The translations under genes and the position numbers were made by a program. The notes under the pieces were generated by a model that saw only the letters and a program-made list of their open reading frames with translations, did no database searches and was not told where the DNA came from. From Deltaproteobacteria bacterium (GTDB taxonomy: Bacteria > UBA10199 > JACPAL01 > JAHFST01), in NCBI GenBank assembly GCA_023265625.1, contig JAHFST010000004.1:129709-193708 (forward strand): 64,000 nucleotides of DNA, written 5' to 3'. Shown in pieces: positions 20,836 to 29,359 of the stretch (position 1 is the stretch's first letter; the number at the start of each line of letters is the position of its first letter).

Positions 20836-21516
20836 ATGATTGAGCTTCCCTCTTACAACAACCCTCCCCTGAAACGGCATGTGAACAAAGAGGTGGAGGA
20901 CCTCCCCTCACCCATGGATCCTCCCGAGGCCTATGCGCCTTCCAACGTGGGAGAAATCACTGCGGGCGAACTTTCCGCTCCCCTCCAATCCTTGATCCAG
21001 GATCATGAGGAGTTTCTTAAAATCCTGACGGCCTTTGACCGCGCCTTGGTGGAGCTCAAGGAAAGGGCGTGGAAATTCACGCCCGAGATCAGCGCGGTCT
21101 TGAAACGTTTTTTTCAGTGGACGGACGAAGAGATGCCGCGTCATTCCCGCAAGGAGGAGAAGGCGCTCTTCCCAATTTTAAGCGAAAAGTTTTTGGCCTC
21201 CGGTGAACACAGCCCGGGCGCACAACCGGTGACGCCCGTCGATGTCATGGAGGCGGATCATCGGACCGTCGAGCTTGGTGTCAATCTTGTGTTTAATTTG
21301 TTAGGACTCGCAGCGCGCATCAAGGATGCTGAGGCACGAGACCTGCTCTTTGAGCACGCCTTTCATCAAGGACAGGAAATTGTCGAGGTCATGAAACTGC
21401 ACATTTACAAAGAGAATACCACGCTCTTCCCTCTCGCCCAGAGACTCTTGAGCGCAGAGGAAATGTCCGTGGTGGAGAGAAAAATGAATTTTAATACTCC
21501 AATCCTACAGACCTAA
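20836..21516 (+). CDS. Hemerythrin/HHE cation-binding domain protein
   Basis: DHEEF, HSRKEEKALFP, MEADH, HIYKENTTLFP di-iron motifs. Confidence 0.8.
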   Translation: MIELPSYNNPPLKRHVNKEVEDLPSPMDPPEAYAPSNVGEITAGELSAPLQSLIQDHEEFLKILTAFDRALVELKERAWKFTPEISAVLKRFFQWTDEEMPRHSRKEEKALFPILSEKFLASGEHSPGAQPVTPVDVMEADHRTVELGVNLVFNLLGLAARIKDAEARDLLFEHAFHQGQEIVEVMKLHIYKENTTLFPLAQRLLSAEEMSVVERKMNFNTPILQT

Positions 21517-21617
21517 ACACCCATAGGTGCATGGCGAGTAGGACGGGGCGGCGCGGGAAACGGCGCCGTCTTCCGAAGTTCCTTCGAGTTTAGAAGGAAT
21601 GGAATTGAGAAGGAGAA
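21494..21617 (+). ncRNA. Moco/Tuco riboswitch candidate (variant lacking P3)
   Basis: CTCC..GGAG P1 sequesters the moeA SD; TCCTAC/GTAGGA stem containing CCTAA..CACC/GGTG..CATGG; GGGGCGGCGC-GGGAAAC-GGCGCCGTCTT GAAA hairpin; TTCCTTC/GAAGGAA distal hairpin; directly precedes moeA-moaDE. Confidence 0.75.
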
Positions 21618-21622
21618 GAGAC

Positions 21623-22885
21623 GTGATAGCCGCTGCTGAAGCACAGGATCTTATCCTGCGCGAGACAGTTGTCCTTGGTCCCAAAACCATTTCCCTGCGA
21701 GACTCTCTCGGCGGGTATCTTTTTCATCCCGTTATCTCACCTTCGGCCCTGCCACCGTTTGACAACTCGGCGATGGATGGGTTTGCCCTGCGCAGCTCTG
21801 ATACCAAAGGGGCGTCGGGGCATCAGCCCGTTCCTCTCAAAGTGGTGGGGACAACGGCGGCAGGTGACTTGCCCTTGTCCATTCAATCAGATGAAGCCGT
21901 CCGGATTATGACCGGGGCCCCCATTCCGTCAGGCGCCGATACAGTGGTCCCCTTTGAGGAAACGCTGGAGACGCCGGGATGCTGCTTGATTCAGAAGACA
22001 CCGGACATGGGTCAACACATCCGTCGCGCGGGCGAAGATGTGGCGAAGGGATCCGAACTGTTAAAAAGTGGCGATAAAATCACCTCCCGAACCGTGGCCC
22101 TGTTGGCAGCCGTCGGGATCGATAGGGTTGAGGTGTATCAAAAACCCCGTGTATGTGTCCTCTCCACGGGCAGCGAACTGGTTGATGTAGGGGCGGGGTC
22201 TCCCCGCCCAGGCACGGACACCGCCCCCCTACAACCGGGACAAATTTATAATAGCAACGGCCCCGCCCTCGAAATGGCCTTGCAAGAGTTGGGTATTGCG
22301 GCCCAGGTGCTGAAGACGGCCAATGACACGGAAGGGTCGTTGGAAAAATCCCTCCGAGACCATTTGGATGTCGATGTATGGATCACCGTGGGCGGTGTTT
22401 CTGCGGGTGATTTTGATTTGGTTCCCAAGGTGCTGCAAAAACTGGGTACGAAGATTCTCTTTCATAAAGTGGCCATCAAACCTGGGAAACCCCTACTTTT
22501 TGCAACCTATGCAAAGGGCGAACACGGGGGTTCACCCCTACACATCTTTGCACTCCCCGGGAACCCTGTCTCAGCCCTCGTGGTCTTCGATCAGTTTGTC
22601 CGCCCTGCCTTGCTAAAAATGATGGGAAGCAACCTTCCCTATCGTTCCCGTAAAACCGCCGTGGCCATAGAGGACTTGAAGGGAAGTGAAGGTAAAGAGG
22701 ATTATCTTCGCGGCATCGCAACCTACCGGGATGGACGCTATGAAGTACGATCGGCCGGCTCCCAAGGATCCGCCCGGCTGCTCCCGCTCGCGCTGGCCAA
22801 TGTGACGATCATTATCCCGTCATCGGTAAAAAAAGTGACGGCGGGCGAAAAAGTTGAGATCGAATTTTTTCAGGAGAAGTTATGA
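21623..22885 (+). CDS. moeA: Molybdopterin molybdotransferase
   Basis: PPFDNSAMDGFA, IMTGAPIP, STGSEL, GGVSAG, IKPGKP, LPGNPVS; GTG start after AGGAG. Confidence 0.95.
   Translation: MIAAAEAQDLILRETVVLGPKTISLRDSLGGYLFHPVISPSALPPFDNSAMDGFALRSSDTKGASGHQPVPLKVVGTTAAGDLPLSIQSDEAVRIMTGAPIPSGADTVVPFEETLETPGCCLIQKTPDMGQHIRRAGEDVAKGSELLKSGDKITSRTVALLAAVGIDRVEVYQKPRVCVLSTGSELVDVGAGSPRPGTDTAPLQPGQIYNSNGPALEMALQELGIAAQVLKTANDTEGSLEKSLRDHLDVDVWITVGGVSAGDFDLVPKVLQKLGTKILFHKVAIKPGKPLLFATYAKGEHGGSPLHIFALPGNPVSALVVFDQFVRPALLKMMGSNLPYRSRKTAVAIEDLKGSEGKEDYLRGIATYRDGRYEVRSAGSQGSARLLPLALANVTIIIPSSVKKVTAGEKVEIEFFQEKL
22187..22232. repeat. GTAG-type REP doublet inside moeA
   Basis: GTAGGGGCGGGGTCTCCCCGCCC followed by an inverted GGCACGGACACCGCCCCCCTAC. 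Confidence 0.7.
22516..22541 (-). repeat. GTAG-type REP inside moeA
   Basis: Reverse complement reads GTAGGGGTGAACCCCCGTGTTCGCCC. Confidence 0.7.
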
Positions 22886-23127
22886 GGGTAAAGCTCCTTT
22901 TTTTTGCGACTATCCGAGATTATTTTCGAACGGGAGAAAGGGAAGTGACGATCAATCTCCCTAAAACCGTTCGGGAGATTTTTATGAGTCTTTTTGAAGA
23001 TAAAACAACGGCCCAGCAATTTCTCTCCTCGGTCCGCTTTGCGATTAATTGCGCCTATGTGTCGCATGAGACACCCGTGAAAGATGGAGATGAGCTAGCC
23101 GTCATTCCACCGGTGAGCGGGGGGTAG
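22882..23127 (+). CDS. moaD: Molybdopterin synthase sulfur carrier
   Basis: GDELAVIPPVSGG C-terminus. Confidence 0.93.
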   Translation: MRVKLLFFATIRDYFRTGEREVTINLPKTVREIFMSLFEDKTTAQQFLSSVRFAINCAYVSHETPVKDGDELAVIPPVSGG

Positions 23128-23128
23128 C

Positions 23129-23515
23129 ATGATCCTGATTGTGGAAGGTCCGATTGATGTCGCCACCGTACTCGCTTCCGTACAAACGGAACGGGCGGGA
23201 GGCGTTGTGCATTTCATCGGCACCGTCCGACAAGATGGAGACATCACGGGACTTCACTATGAATGCTATCCCGAGATGGCCCAACAGAGGATGGCCGATC
23301 TTGCCGAGGCCGCTACGCGGCGCTTGGGACTGGAAAAAGTTTCGGCAGTCCATCGCGTAGGCTGGGTTCCACTGGGAGAAGTGGCGGTTGTCATTGCGGT
23401 TTCTTCGGCGCATCGAGCGGAGGCCTTTGAAGGATGTCGGTGGATGATCGATCAAATTAAACAAGAGGCGCCCATCTGGAAAAAAGATGGGACGGGGTGT
23501 TGCGCATGTTCCTGA
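23129..23515 (+). CDS. moaE: Molybdopterin synthase catalytic subunit
   Basis: GGVVHFIGTVR, YECYPEMA, HRVG, SAHRAEAF, APIWKK. Confidence 0.93.
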   Translation: MILIVEGPIDVATVLASVQTERAGGVVHFIGTVRQDGDITGLHYECYPEMAQQRMADLAEAATRRLGLEKVSAVHRVGWVPLGEVAVVIAVSSAHRAEAFEGCRWMIDQIKQEAPIWKKDGTGCCACS

Positions 23516-24090
23516 AAAAGAGGGCAGACATATTAGGGGTTGTTTTGGCCGGAGGAAGATCGTCACGCTTTGGCAGCAACAAGGCCCTGGCGCTGTTTCA
23601 GGGGGTTTCTTTTGTGGAACGGACACTGAAGGTCATGGATGCCTTGTTTGACGAAGTCGTCGTGGTGACCAATACCCCGGAAACTTACCAATCCTGTCAT
23701 CACCGCATTTTTCAGGACATGATGCCTTATGCCGGCCCGATGGGCGGCCTGGTAACGGCCTTTGAAAAAACTTCTTATGATCGCCTGCTGGTGGTGGCCT
23801 GTGACATGCCCCTGCTCGATACGCAGGGCATTCAAGGCATCATCGCTCAGGATGATGGCGACGCCGTCATTCCGGTTCATGACGGCATCGCTGAATACCT
23901 GATGGCGCTTTATCATCGAGATCTGTTACCAGACTTAAAAACTTCCCTGTCCCAAGAACAAAGATCACTCCGAAAATTTTTCTCGGGAAGACCGGGGGTT
24001 TCTTGGCTGCCCATGGCCGGAAAGACGTGGCTCAATGTCAATACCCGTGAAGCCTTGCAAGATTTGGAGAACGTCCATGCCACTGATTGA
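23506..24090 (+). CDS. mobA: Molybdenum cofactor guanylyltransferase
   Basis: LAGGRSSRFGSNKAL, GPMGG, ACDMP, NVNT. Confidence 0.92.
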   Translation: MFLKKRADILGVVLAGGRSSRFGSNKALALFQGVSFVERTLKVMDALFDEVVVVTNTPETYQSCHHRIFQDMMPYAGPMGGLVTAFEKTSYDRLLVVACDMPLLDTQGIQGIIAQDDGDAVIPVHDGIAEYLMALYHRDLLPDLKTSLSQEQRSLRKFFSGRPGVSWLPMAGKTWLNVNTREALQDLENVHATD

Positions 24091-25066
24091 TTCGTTTCAA
24101 AGAAAAATTGAATACCTACGTTTTTCAGTGATCGACCAGTGCAATATCCGCTGCCAGTACTGCATGCCGCCCGAGCAGAAGCTGTGGGAAAAACAACCCA
24201 ATCTTTTGACCTTTGATGAGATCTGCCGCATGGTGACCATTCTCGCCTCGCTTGGCGTCAGGCGCGTGCGCATCACCGGCGGGGAACCGTTGGTCCGAAA
24301 GGGGGTCCCCGACCTGATACGGCGGTTGAACGACGTGTCCGATCTTGACGAGGTCCTACTCACCACCAACGGGATTCCCCTACCCACCCTGGCCCGCCCG
24401 CTGCGGGATGCCGGCCTGGAAAAAATTAATATCCACCTCGACACCCTTTCGGCTGAAAAATTTTGCAAAATCACCTATGGCGGAGATATTCGAAAGGTTC
24501 TGACCGGGATTGAAGAATCGCAGCGGGTGGGCTTGCAACCGATCAAGCTCAACGCCGTCCTTCAGAAGGGAATTAACGATGATGAGGTGGAAGACCTGCT
24601 GCGCTTCACCGCCAACCACGGCCTGATTCTGCGCCTGATTGAGATGATGCCGATCGGTCCCGGGCGTGAACTCATGCCTTCCCTGTATATGCCTGTGCGT
24701 CTCATTCGGGAGAAACTTGCGGAAAAATACACCTTGTCACCTACCAATCCCCACCTGGGAGGAGGCCCAGCCGTGTATTACCGCGTGAAAGAACTCAACA
24801 CCGTCATCGGTTTCATCAGCCCTGTTTCCGAACCATTTTGCGGCACTTGCAACCGCATTCGCATCTCCAGTGACGGACGGTTTCAGGATTGCCTGGCCTT
24901 CGACGGGACTTTTTCTTTTCGTGACCTGCTGCGCAATCCGCTGATGACCGATGAGAGAATTGCCGCAAAAGTCCATTGGCTACTCAGCGGCAAGGCTGAG
25001 AGTCACGACGATTTTCAACAAGCAGCAGATATTCGCACCCCATGCATGACTGGAATCGGAGGCTAA
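24077..25066 (+). CDS. moaA: GTP 3',8-cyclase
   Basis: CNIRCQYC radical SAM motif, TGGEPL, FCGTCNRIR..C, C-terminal IGG. Confidence 0.95.
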   Translation: MPLIDSFQRKIEYLRFSVIDQCNIRCQYCMPPEQKLWEKQPNLLTFDEICRMVTILASLGVRRVRITGGEPLVRKGVPDLIRRLNDVSDLDEVLLTTNGIPLPTLARPLRDAGLEKINIHLDTLSAEKFCKITYGGDIRKVLTGIEESQRVGLQPIKLNAVLQKGINDDEVEDLLRFTANHGLILRLIEMMPIGPGRELMPSLYMPVRLIREKLAEKYTLSPTNPHLGGGPAVYYRVKELNTVIGFISPVSEPFCGTCNRIRISSDGRFQDCLAFDGTFSFRDLLRNPLMTDERIAAKVHWLLSGKAESHDDFQQAADIRTPCMTGIGG

Positions 25067-25972
25067 ATGATCGATATTTCAGAAAAGAAAGAAACACTGC
25101 GAACGGCGCGCGCCGAATCGCGAATCCTGGCCAAAAAAGCCACGATTGACCGTGCGATCACGGGAGATACGCCCAAGGGAGACGTGCTGAATGTCGCCAA
25201 GGCCGTGGCCTGCCTGGCGGCCAAGAAAACCTCCGAGCTTATCCCTTACTGTCATCCGCTGCTCATCGATGCCGTCACATTCACCAGTGAACACAAAGAC
25301 TCGGAATTGATACTACGGGTGGAGGTCAAGACCATTGCCAAAACCGGGGTCGAGATGGAGGCCCTGACGGCGGTTTCTTTGGCCGCCTTGACCGTCTACG
25401 ACATGCTCAAGGGTATCGATAAGGATGTCGTGATCGGTGAAACACGACTCATCGAAAAACAGGGTGGCAAGAGCGATTACGTCGAGACATTTCTGGTGCC
25501 GCTCAAGGCCGCCGTCCTGGTGACGTCTGACAGCGTTTCCGCGGGAAAGAAGCCGGATAAATCGGGAAAAACCATTGTCGAAGAGATGAAGAAATTTCCT
25601 GTCGAGGTGAGGCACTACGAGATTGTTTCCGACGACCAAGAAAAGATTCGCGCCAAAATTCTCGGCTGGCGGGAAGCGGGGATCGACCTCATTCTCACCA
25701 CCGGCGGTACGGGGCTGGGCCCGCGCGATGTGACGGTCGAGGCGGTGAAGGGATTGATCGAGCGAGACATCCCCGGTGTTTCCGAAACGATGCGCGCCTA
25801 CGGCCAGAAGAGGACGCCTTATGCGATGCTGTCGCGGGGGGCGGCCGGATTTATCGGAAAGACCCTCGTCATTACGCTGCCTGGCTCCGCTCGCGGCGCG
25901 AAGGAATGCCTGACGGCCCTGTTCCCAAGCATCCTTCATGTCTTCAACATGGTTGCCGGAGGGGGGCATTGA
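25067..25972 (+). CDS. moaCB: Bifunctional MoaC/MoaB(MogA) fusion
   Basis: MIDISEK, IPYCHP, GVEMEAL, YDMLK followed by TTGGTG.GPRDVT, LPGS. Confidence 0.92.
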   Translation: MIDISEKKETLRTARAESRILAKKATIDRAITGDTPKGDVLNVAKAVACLAAKKTSELIPYCHPLLIDAVTFTSEHKDSELILRVEVKTIAKTGVEMEALTAVSLAALTVYDMLKGIDKDVVIGETRLIEKQGGKSDYVETFLVPLKAAVLVTSDSVSAGKKPDKSGKTIVEEMKKFPVEVRHYEIVSDDQEKIRAKILGWREAGIDLILTTGGTGLGPRDVTVEAVKGLIERDIPGVSETMRAYGQKRTPYAMLSRGAAGFIGKTLVITLPGSARGAKECLTALFPSILHVFNMVAGGGH

Positions 25973-26730
25973 TGGAACATCTCCCGCTCTTGGCGGCGTT
26001 GTTCTTTGTCGCGGCCCTGGTCTATTCGATGGCGGGGTTGGGGGGCGGCTCCACTTATCTCGCCCTCTTGGCACTTTTTTCCTTTCCTTATTCCTTCATT
26101 CCCAAGGTAGCCCTCTTCTGCAACCTGGCCGTGGTCCTCTCAGGTTTCTGGTTTTTTACCAGGGCCGGGTATTTTTCTCTCAAGCGGGCCTTGCCCTTTG
26201 TCGTGTCCTCAATCCCAATGGCCTATTGGGGAGGTTCCATCTCGATCGACAAAACACTCTTCACCCTCCTCCTGGGACTCTCACTGGCGATTGCCTCACT
26301 CCGGATGTTTTTTGCGGATAAAAGTTTCCAGTCTCGCCCCCCTCTTTTCTGGAAAAATGCCTGGATCGTGGGTTTACCAATGGGGGCTGCGTTGGGTTTT
26401 CTCTCAGGCGTCGTGGGGATCGGTGGGGGAATTTATTTGACGCCGCTCCTCCTGCTGATGGGATGGGCGGATGCGAAGCAAGCCGCCGCGTCGGCAAGTT
26501 TCTTCATCCTGGTAAATTCCATGGCCGGATTGATCGGGCAGTTTTCCAAAAGCGGCTTGCCCTCGGGGAACGAAATATCAGCGCTATGGATTCTCCTGGG
26601 TGCCGCATTTCTGGGAGGGCAAATTGGCAGCCGTCTCGGATCACAAAAGATATCCCCGCTGATTCTCCAACGAATCTCCGCCTCCCTGATTCTTTACGCC
26701 TCGGGAAGATTATTGATTGGATTATGGTAA
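25972..26730 (+). CDS. TSUP/TauE sulfite-exporter family protein
   Basis: GLGGGSTY and GIGGGIYLTP repeats, about 8 TM helices; ATG overlaps the moaCB stop. Confidence 0.85.
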   Translation: MEHLPLLAALFFVAALVYSMAGLGGGSTYLALLALFSFPYSFIPKVALFCNLAVVLSGFWFFTRAGYFSLKRALPFVVSSIPMAYWGGSISIDKTLFTLLLGLSLAIASLRMFFADKSFQSRPPLFWKNAWIVGLPMGAALGFLSGVVGIGGGIYLTPLLLLMGWADAKQAAASASFFILVNSMAGLIGQFSKSGLPSGNEISALWILLGAAFLGGQIGSRLGSQKISPLILQRISASLILYASGRLLIGLW

Positions 26731-26761
26731 AAAACCTTATAAATAGCGTTTCATCTATTTC

Positions 26762-28309
26762 ATGGACAGGACATGTACAAAATTAGGAGTGCAGCAGCAA
26801 GGCACCGGCGTGTTGGGGGCCTTGTTGGCCATTGTCCTCGTTACCATTTACCAATCGTCCATGCGGCATATCGCCGCGAATGGCGGCCCGCCGGTCCTGG
26901 TCATCCTTCCTTGGTTGCCGGAACTCTTTCGTTTCGATCACGTCAATCGCGATTTTTTTGACATATTTTCCATTGTCTCGCTGGTCTTTCTGTTCATGAT
27001 CTCGTGGGAATTTTTGTCCCATCGACTGGAAAAGGGACTTGTCTTGGTATTGGTTTTATTGGGATTGCCCGTTTTGTATTTACTCGCCCAAGGTTCTGCT
27101 TGGTTCTTTGATGGGAATCAACTCACCACCCCCATGCTGAGCTGGGAGTGGACACGCATGGAGATCGGCTTTCTCATCATGGGACTCAGCTTATTACTCC
27201 CATGGATACTGAGGCTATTTCGCGGCTGGAAACAAGGGGCAAGGCCCGTCATGGCCCCTTGGAGATGGGCCTTCACAACCTCCCTACAACGCTGGCTATC
27301 GGGACTATGTTTCTTTACCGTCATTCTTCTGATCATCTTCACACACCCGTTTTATACCAAACCATTTTACGAAAACTGGCGCATCTCCTGCGCCTATCTT
27401 TTTTCCTTTTTTCTCTTCTTGGGATTTCCCTACGCCCTGATCACCAACATCTTCCGCGCCCACCGGGGGGAGGACCAGCGGGATCCATGCTGGGTGCTTT
27501 ACCAGATTTTTCGAGCTACCGGACGCGCGATCATCCGCCAAAATACCGCCGAGGTGATGGCGTTATTACGAGATCCTATCCATCAAAACGTCCTGAGAGA
27601 TCTTTTGGTCAAATTATTTTTTGTCCCGCTGATGATCAGCTTTTTGTTCGGCGAATGCGGTCTCTACTTTCGCAACTCTTCCTTTTTTCTCGAGGGGATC
27701 AACGCCGGCATCCGTTGGCAGGAAAGTTTTAACCGATTTTACGAGGCCGCCTTTCACTCCATCTTTGTGATGGATGTCTCTCTTTCCTTGATTGGCTATG
27801 TGACAACCTCACGCTGGCTGCGTAACAAATCCAAGAGTGTTGAACCCACTGTCTCAGGATGGATGGTGGCCCTGATGTGTTACCCGCCGTTCAACGGCAT
27901 CACCGGCGACTACTTTCCCTATGATCGCATGGGGGGGACACCTTATGCCCTGTTGCAAGACCCCACGCTCAGTATGGTCCTTAAAGCTATCACACTGCTG
28001 CTCTTTGCCATCTACGTCTGGGCCACCATGAGTTTTGGGTTGCGTTTCAGCAATTTGACGAATCGCGGGCTGATTGCCCGCGGTCCCTATGCCGTCATCC
28101 GGCACCCCGCCTATTTCTCTAAAAATCTGGCCTGGTGGACGGAGAGCCTGCACCTCTTCTACTCCCCTTGGCAGTTTGTCTTCCTGTTTTGTTGGAATAT
28201 TGTCTATACACTGCGCGCCTTGACCGAGGAACGTCACCTCAAGCAAGATCCGGACTACCGTTCCTATTGCGATCAGGTCCGCTATCGATTTATCCCCGGG
28301 GTATGGTGA
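26762..28309 (+). CDS. Polytopic membrane protein with C-terminal ICMT/PEMT-like methyltransferase domain
   Basis: GPYAVIRHPAY, RALTEERHL, Y..Y...VRYRFIPGVW; start uncertain. Confidence 0.75.
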   Translation: MDRTCTKLGVQQQGTGVLGALLAIVLVTIYQSSMRHIAANGGPPVLVILPWLPELFRFDHVNRDFFDIFSIVSLVFLFMISWEFLSHRLEKGLVLVLVLLGLPVLYLLAQGSAWFFDGNQLTTPMLSWEWTRMEIGFLIMGLSLLLPWILRLFRGWKQGARPVMAPWRWAFTTSLQRWLSGLCFFTVILLIIFTHPFYTKPFYENWRISCAYLFSFFLFLGFPYALITNIFRAHRGEDQRDPCWVLYQIFRATGRAIIRQNTAEVMALLRDPIHQNVLRDLLVKLFFVPLMISFLFGECGLYFRNSSFFLEGINAGIRWQESFNRFYEAAFHSIFVMDVSLSLIGYVTTSRWLRNKSKSVEPTVSGWMVALMCYPPFNGITGDYFPYDRMGGTPYALLQDPTLSMVLKAITLLLFAIYVWATMSFGLRFSNLTNRGLIARGPYAVIRHPAYFSKNLAWWTESLHLFYSPWQFVFLFCWNIVYTLRALTEERHLKQDPDYRSYCDQVRYRFIPGVW

Positions 28310-28470
28310 TAAAAAATGGCCTACCAAAAGCAGCAACCACCTGTTGCCACGATGAACCTCCCAATCCAACAACATACCTAGTCTAGACCGGCTGAATCGG
28401 CAGAAACATTCGGGGATGGGCCTTTGAAAAAACCGATCTAAAATAAGATGGATTTGGTATTTTGGCTCTA

Positions 28471-29175
28471 TCAGACATCCATCTTACGCAGCTCGGCATC
28501 GGAAAGACCATCCATGCCCCAATCGCCCCAGCCTGCCATCAGTACGGTCGTGTAACCAAAGATGGTGGTGAGTTGATCGGAAACAGCCTTCCAAAAACCT
28601 CCAGAAGAGCCCATCGTGCTCGTCAGAACAGCGCCTACCACTGGTTCCAGGGCAGCCGCCGCGGCCGAACCGAGGGCATTCCTCAGGGTCTGTTCCACGA
28701 GTACGTTCACCCGGTTTCCTTCATGCGCGGGATTTTTGATGGCATCATAAACCACCCAGGGCTCAATGCCGATAAACAGCTTGGCAAACTGCTCCAAAAC
28801 ACCTCTAAAAGGTGCCAAGACTTCCGGGAAGGAATCAATAGCGCCAAAAACCGCAGAACCGACCGCAAAACTTGCCCCTAACCCCAGGGCCACGCCAATG
28901 ACGTGTCCTCCGCGCCCATGCCATTCCCAGTCCAAATGAACGCCAGGAGTGGGATGCCTTAAGACACTGGCAGTTACGTCAGCAGAGGCACATTGGGCAG
29001 TGATAGCCAAAAAGCTTTCAAAAATATCCAAAACCTGAGTTGATGACATATCCACCTTAGCAGCCCCGATAGCCGTCACCGTCATGGCTAGGGCAAGTGC
29101 AGTTCCCGTTCCTACTCTTTGAGCACCGGGTTCGATAAATGACTTACCTGATGTCGGCGATAAAATTGATAACAT
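28471..29175 (-). CDS. Hypothetical protein
   Basis: 234 aa ORF with a GGAGGG SD; no recognised domain. Confidence 0.55.
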   Translation of the reverse strand: MLSILSPTSGKSFIEPGAQRVGTGTALALAMTVTAIGAAKVDMSSTQVLDIFESFLAITAQCASADVTASVLRHPTPGVHLDWEWHGRGGHVIGVALGLGASFAVGSAVFGAIDSFPEVLAPFRGVLEQFAKLFIGIEPWVVYDAIKNPAHEGNRVNVLVEQTLRNALGSAAAAALEPVVGAVLTSTMGSSGGFWKAVSDQLTTIFGYTTVLMAGWGDWGMDGLSDAELRKMDV

Positions 29176-29359
29176 ATTTCCCTCCTAATTTTTTGCTCTA
29201 CCAGCAGGACCCATTCCCACCGGCCATCCCATCCCTGAGACACAGACACCTTCGGCACCTGTGCTAGGAAGTTGCGTAAAAAAACACTTTTTTTCAATAG
29301 AAGCCAGGCAACCTTTTCCCCCGCCCAACGATACCCCTAGTGTTTCAACCAGGGGACCC

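Noticed and set aside
28310..28470. Intergenic region between convergent genes as an sRNA
   Set aside because: No convincing structure, promoter or terminator recognised
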